A stretch of 64,000 nucleotides of DNA from Minutocellus sp. GHC0000111 (taxonomy: Eukaryota): the NCBI GenBank assembly GCA_977018835.1, contig OZ361257.1:4030001-4094000 (forward strand). The letters are read 5' to 3'. The notes below the pieces were generated by a model, which was given only the letters and a program-made list of their open reading frames with translations, was not told the DNA's origin and ran no database searches. Below, piece after piece: positions 59,063-64,000 of this stretch. The translations under genes were made by a program, and so were the position numbers. Numbering within the stretch: position 1 is the first letter of the stretch; every line of letters begins with the position of its first letter.

Positions 59063-59152
59063 CCTGGCTAGCTACTCGTACGATACCTATCGCCTCCAAC
59101 TGGTTGGCCTGGCTAGCTACTCGTACGATACCTATCGCCTCCAACTGGTTGG
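59063..59152. repeat. Perfect 45-bp tandem duplication just upstream of the EDR2-C start
   Basis: cctggctagctactcgtacgatacctatcgcctccaactggttgg occurs twice in tandem. Confidence 0.95.
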
Positions 59153-59671
59153 CGGCGGCTCACTCTTGCTTACCGTCTTAGCCAGTCACTTGCCAAGCCA
59201 GAGAAACGAGCATACTACGTAGTACATGCAACGATACCCACAAATAAACGCATCACGACAGCCGCCCATACCATGGAAAGACGATGTTTTGAGAGTGAAC
59301 TTCCGCGCTGAGCAGCAGCAAAACAACGTTGCTGCAAGAAAAGATTTACGTCGTATTTACGTCGTACATGTAATGTGCCTCAATCACCTTACATGCACGT
59401 TTTCCGGTAGATCTAGATCTATATGTACTCGCCTGCCTGTATTAGAGATGAACTACGTACACAGAGCAAAGATAGATCTTAAAATTTCTAGATCTACGGT
59501 ACTCGTCGTCGTCTGTCGGTATTGGACAAATTACAGAGCAAAGAGAGTTGATATACTCTGCTTCAAATATCTCTCTGTTTACGCTTGCTACATGTATTTA
59601 CTTGCGTAGTATTGGGATTTCTGCTTCTTTTTGAGTCATGCACTGGTATGAGTTCCCGAGTCGTAGCGGTA

Positions 59672-61803
59672 TTATGAGCGCGGCGAAGCTGCGGCCTTTG
59701 AAGAGAGAGACTGTTGCAATTCGATGATTCTATCCGTAACGAGGCCTCTGTCAGAACAGTCCTGCATAACTCTTTCAATCATTTTCTCTTCAGCACCACT
59801 GGTTCCATCCCCTCGACGAATGAAACTATTTTTGAAGAGATTCCTACAAACAGTGAGAAAGATATAATAGGTCTCTTCATTGGGGGGAACCAAGTTGGAA
59901 CGATGCAATTCATCGTATGTCTGCAGAGCTATAACCGTAGCCCTCTCGAGATCATCTGCACTGGAGTGTCTCGGCATATGTGCACAAGCAGAAAGGACAG
60001 AGTTATAGGCACTCTGGAGCTTACTTTTTTGTGTGTGGTCTGGATCTTTTTTACTTTCCCCACCGCGACGAAACCCCTCCTCACGATAAAGAAAATTCAG
60101 CATCTTGTTCAGTACCTCTCTTGCTTTTACGGCCTTGTTTGCATCCGATCGGTTCCATGCAAATGCGGTCACAACAAGGCAGTAACTGATTAGATCGGGC
60201 CCGGGATAATTGCTGTGTTCACCTTTATTTTCTTCCATTTTTCTCAAAATGTTGTCGGCCCCCGCTGCAGCAACGGAGTTGTGTCGGGAGCAATCGCATC
60301 GATGACTGCTGAATAACTTCTTGCATCGGGACATACAAGCTTCTCCTTCTTCCCCCGTCTTTCATCTTGTTCTTGGCGTTCTTCCATTGTCAAGAGAAGG
60401 GCAGACGCATGGTCAGCGGCTTTCTTTCCTTGGCCACTCCGTGCCCATGCATTTAGCACGGTGTTGTAAGACCAAGTACATGGGTGGACTCCGGCCGTAT
60501 CCATTCTATGCAATAAATCCTCCGCTCTTTGCGCAGCACATAAATTGTCCAAGGTTCCATCCATGTGACTATTACCACGATTCTCCTTTCGATGACGACC
60601 TTTGCGATAATGGTTTTGTTGCTGGTCTCGTCCTGCTTTGCAGAAAGCATCAATGACTGTGTTATAGCTGGTCCGATCGGGCATAACAAAACGCTCTCCT
60701 CGTTCCATGCTTTGCAAAAGATTTTCTGCGCTCAGGGCAGACTCAATAGTGGATCCCTGTCGCCAGCCATCCAGAACAATATTGTAACCAAAAATATCTG
60801 GGCGGACCGTCGCTTCTGATGCCGCCTGTGCACCGGTATTCTTTCTATCCTCGTTCATATTTTCGATAACTTCCAACAGATCTTGAGCCTTCCGTCCAGA
60901 GTCTCGGTGACCAGATTTGGCCCAAGCTGATATCGCTGCATTCAATGTCCGTCCATTTGGTGCAGGTGCTGCCAGTGGATTTTGCTCATGACGCTCAACC
61001 ATGCGACAGAACAACTCCTCGGCCTCGATTGGCCGTTTAAATTTTGAGTATCCGTGAATGACCGTATTGTAACATACCGCATTAGGGCTAACGGCTGGGG
61101 TCTTTGTTGCGTCTGCGCGGGCTTCCGTCAGAAAGCAAAAATCCACTTCCTTCTCCATTCCTCGAAGAATATCCGCTGCTCTTTCCACCCCTTCAGGTTG
61201 CTTGCAACTGTTAGTCAAAGCGAGGAGGAGGGATGCATAAGAATGGACATCCGGCTCTATCCCTGGCATGTCGAGTACGCGTTGGAATATTTTCTCAGCA
61301 TGCTTGGCCGCTATCCTTTTGTTCTTGGCAACTCGTGACCACGCGGCAATTACTGCATTGTACGAAACAATACTCGGCTTGACATCGAATTCGGTCATCA
61401 TACCGAGCACTGCTTCCGCCTTTTCGGCGTCTCCTCTTCTTGACCAGCCGTCAATGACGGCCGTGAAGCTGATCGCATTGGGGAGAAAGGGTGATGCTCC
61501 GCGAGTCGGATATGTGTCGTAAAGCTGTATCGTTCGACGAAGAAGCTCGTCGGCCATTTGGCCGCCCATAGGATTGGGGTCCTTAGCGCAGGCATTGATG
61601 ACCGAGGAAATGAGGATTGAATTGGGCGCCCGCATATTAGTATCGTTCAAAGGTTTGGAACTCCCGCTACCCTTGCTTTCCCATGTCGATATGTACTCGT
61701 TCAATAAGTTATAAGCGTCCTCGGCTCTACCCGGCTGCTTCGCCAAGGTCTGTATGGCGAATTCGTACATGCCGTCTACAGCCCTTAAGGGATCACAGGA
61801 GTG
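59672..61803 (-). CDS. Pentatricopeptide repeat protein, 5' part cut off by the LTR retrotransposon; frameshift at ~60287
   Basis: Repeated PNAISFTAVIDGWSR, PSIVSYNAVIAAWSR, PNAVCYNTVIHGYSK, PDRTSYNTVIDAFCK, PDLISYCLVVTAFA. Confidence 0.9.
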
Positions 61804-62039
61804 TGTTGAGCCAATTGTCACTTGTGACGGTTGTGGTTACCTGTTTACTACAATATCTAAACGAGCCCATAACCCTATGGGTGCCAATGCGATTGGCATG
61901 GTCATTATGCAGTTACCTTACGTAATTATAAGGGTTCTGTTACGTTATCATAGAGCTAAGGCTATCGACTCGCAGGGCATCTAGTCACCTCAAGGGTGCT
62001 AGGCTATTCTCGTGACCGTCGAGGCTATTCTGCTCAACA
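61804..62039 (+). repeat. 5' LTR (236 bp)
   Basis: TGTTGAGC...GCTCAACA: TG..CA ends with an 8-bp inverted repeat; composition changes abruptly at the PPR junction. The second LTR is outside the window. Confidence 0.82.
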
Positions 62040-62192
62040 TAATTACGTGAGTTTCTTCGGTGACAACATGGTCCCCATTGATACTTTGCCGCCTTCCGAC
62101 GACGTCGGGGGCATATCTCTCCTGACTCTCCGGTGACGCCGGGGGTCATCACCAATATCTTCCTGCGACGCAGGGGATAAGTCCTGGTCGGG

Positions 62193-64000
62193 ATGCCCGA
62201 CAACGATGGGAACACCGGCGTGCAGCAGCCCAAGCAGGAGCAGCAGCAGCAGCAGCCGAGCCGGGGCAAGAACAACAGCAGCCGCCGCGGTAACCGTCAA
62301 CAGCAGGCTCAACGTCCGGCATACAAGTCCAAGGTCCCCGGACTGGAGTCCGCCATCTTCTCCGCCAGAGGAACGGCCGCGGGATTCAACAACAATGTCA
62401 TCGCCATCGCCGACTATGTCGTCGGGACGGATACCAAGTACCAGTACGAGGTTGGAATGGCGATCCGCACCCGCTCGGCACAGACCATCACCGAGCCGGT
62501 CGATCCGGGGAAGGATGCCAGCTCATCAGCGCTCAAGAAGTTCGAGATCCTGTTCAAAGAATGGGTGGTCCGGTCGGCCCGATACGGCGACCAACTCAAG
62601 TCGGTCTTCCCACTCATCCTTGGGCAGTGCGACGACGACCTTCGTCATCGGATAAAAAACAGAGCGGATTTCAGCTCCATGGAGAGCAGCGGCGCATCAC
62701 TCAGTCTTCTCTCCGCCATCGAGGAGGAGGGATACTCCCTGCATTCATCAGAATATCCAGTCCTTAACTACCTCAACGCCGTTGTGCGCATGCAGAGGAC
62801 GCGAATGGACAAGGACGGCCGTATCACCATCGGCGAGCACATCGAGAACGTCCAGGCCGCCGAGGACCTCGTCGACCGGTCCGGCGGCAGTACTACCGGC
62901 ATACCGCCCGCCCTCAAGATTCTACCGCCCGCGTATCAAGGGCTGTGTATGTTCTTCGTCAAAAGCGACCACCCAGACGATCAGCGCATTGAGATCTTCA
63001 ACCCAAGTGAGCCTACCGACGAGGAGATATCCCGGATATCAGCCCATGTCCGCGATGCTATCAAGGCAGCGTATCTTCTCTCCAGTCTCCCCAACGACAG
63101 ATATGGCAAGCTCAAGGAGGACCTGCACAACCAGTACGCGGCGGGGAATGACTCCTATTGCCGCAGCCCATCCAAGATGCAGAGCTACATCGTGAATTGG
63201 CGGAACAGAGCCGGCTCGAGGCCGGGACAGACGGTCGGCGGCCTCGCCTTCGCCACCGAGGGGCAGATCGACGACGACGATGCCAATGACACCGTCACCA
63301 ACGAGTATGTCTTCTACAACGACCAGGGCAAGCTCGTCCGATTGTGCTACATCTGCAAGAGCGACAAGCACCTGATGGACAAGTGCCCCGAACGCAAGGA
63401 CAAGAAGGGCAAGGCAGCCAAGTTCGAAGGAGAGGCCCACGCTCTCACCGGCGCCTTCTCCGGTATGGACGTCAACGACTACGAGGACCAGCCTTTCCCC
63501 GAGTTCTGCTTCCACCAGCATTCAACTATCCAAGCATCCTACGCCGACGCCCTCCACACCTCCGATCGTCCGACCGATATGTTACATCGGGATTGCCGTC
63601 GCAATGACGGTGTCCCTTCACTGGCTGAGGTTGGTGACGGGGGGGAGGAGCTGCACGTCACTGGCATGATTGCCGACGATGTCAACCACCCACAGCCGGA
63701 GGATCGGATCCTGCTCGACAGCCAATCGACCGTCGACGTATTCAAGAACCGCCGTCTTCTCAAGAATATCAGGCGTGCGACCGCCGTACTACATCTCAGC
63801 TGCAACGCTGGAGTCGTCGAGGTCCGCTTGGAGGGCGACTTGCCCGGCTACGGTACAGTGTGGTATTATCCTGAAGGGATTGCCAACATCCTCTCCCTCG
63901 CCAGGGTCGCCAACAAGAAGATCAAGGACAGCAAGGACAAGCTCTACCGCAACACGTACGACAGCGACGCCAGCAATGACTTCGTGGTAACGAACAAGAC
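62193..64000 (+). CDS. Gag-protease(-pol) polyprotein, 3'-truncated by the window; absent from the ORF track because it has no stop
   Basis: My translation: [37 protein letters not shown]; zinc knuckle [14 protein letters not shown] (~63345-63387); protease [37 protein letters not shown]. Confidence 0.9.
   Translation, partial: MPDNDGNTGVQQPKQEQQQQQPSRGKNNSSRRGNRQQQAQRPAYKSKVPGLESAIFSARGTAAGFNNNVIAIADYVVGTDTKYQYEVGMAIRTRSAQTITEPVDPGKDASSSALKKFEILFKEWVVRSARYGDQLKSVFPLILGQCDDDLRHRIKNRADFSSMESSGASLSLLSAIEEEGYSLHSSEYPVLNYLNAVVRMQRTRMDKDGRITIGEHIENVQAAEDLVDRSGGSTTGIPPALKILPPAYQGLCMFFVKSDHPDDQRIEIFNPSEPTDEEISRISAHVRDAIKAAYLLSSLPNDRYGKLKEDLHNQYAAGNDSYCRSPSKMQSYIVNWRNRAGSRPGQTVGGLAFATEGQIDDDDANDTVTNEYVFYNDQGKLVRLCYICKSDKHLMDKCPERKDKKGKAAKFEGEAHALTGAFSGMDVNDYEDQPFPEFCFHQHSTIQASYADALHTSDRPTDMLHRDCRRNDGVPSLAEVGDGGEELHVTGMIADDVNHPQPEDRILLDSQSTVDVFKNRRLLKNIRRATAVLHLSCNAGVVEVRLEGDLPGYGTVWYYPEGIANILSLARVANKKIKDSKDKLYRNTYDSDASNDFVVTNK

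Larger units (their letters stand above)
61804..64000 (+). mobile_element. Ty1/copia LTR retrotransposon (diatom CoDi-like), 5' part only
   Basis: LTR followed by an uninterrupted gag-pol ORF running off the window. Confidence 0.9.

Noticed and set aside
61862..61876. GCCCATAACCC resembling the tRNA-iMet anticodon arm used by half-tRNA-primed copia elements
   Set aside because: It lies inside the LTR and in the wrong orientation for a PBS; no tRNA cloverleaf.

Overview
Gene-dense eukaryotic nuclear DNA, very probably a diatom. This is inferred from short GT-AG introns, bipartite plastid/periplastid targeting leaders, a SELMA-type PUB/thioredoxin gene and a CoDi-like copia element; a CEP104 homologue points to a centric lineage with flagellate sperm. 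About 24 protein genes are supported: organellar IF2, sPUB-like, alpha/beta hydrolase, MTH1-like Nudix, stand-alone EXD2-type HNH-like protein, CEP104, KP-43-like subtilase, membrane-anchored GH28, LPAAT, C2/MCTP-like, SLT-type transporter, a FAS1 fusion, FKBP, GNAT, MFS, AP-1 mu, EDR2-C, PPR and several orphans. The window ends in a Ty1/copia LTR retrotransposon inserted into the PPR gene. Main observations: (1) a 212-bp TA-flanked fold-back MITE whose termini (GGAA...TTCC) match TA-GGAA-TTCC-TA words elsewhere, within intergenic DNA strewn with nested TA-flanked palindromes that resemble accumulated excision footprints; (2) the copia element has no tRNA-type PBS but has a PBS complementary to its own LTR (self-priming signature); (3) a secreted fasciclin protein fused to twin Cys-rich modules and an apparently catalytically dead EEP domain; (4) about 13 frameshifts, mostly in homopolymers, which suggest long-read consensus error and weaken any pseudogene claim. 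All calls come from motif reading by eye; no searches were run.
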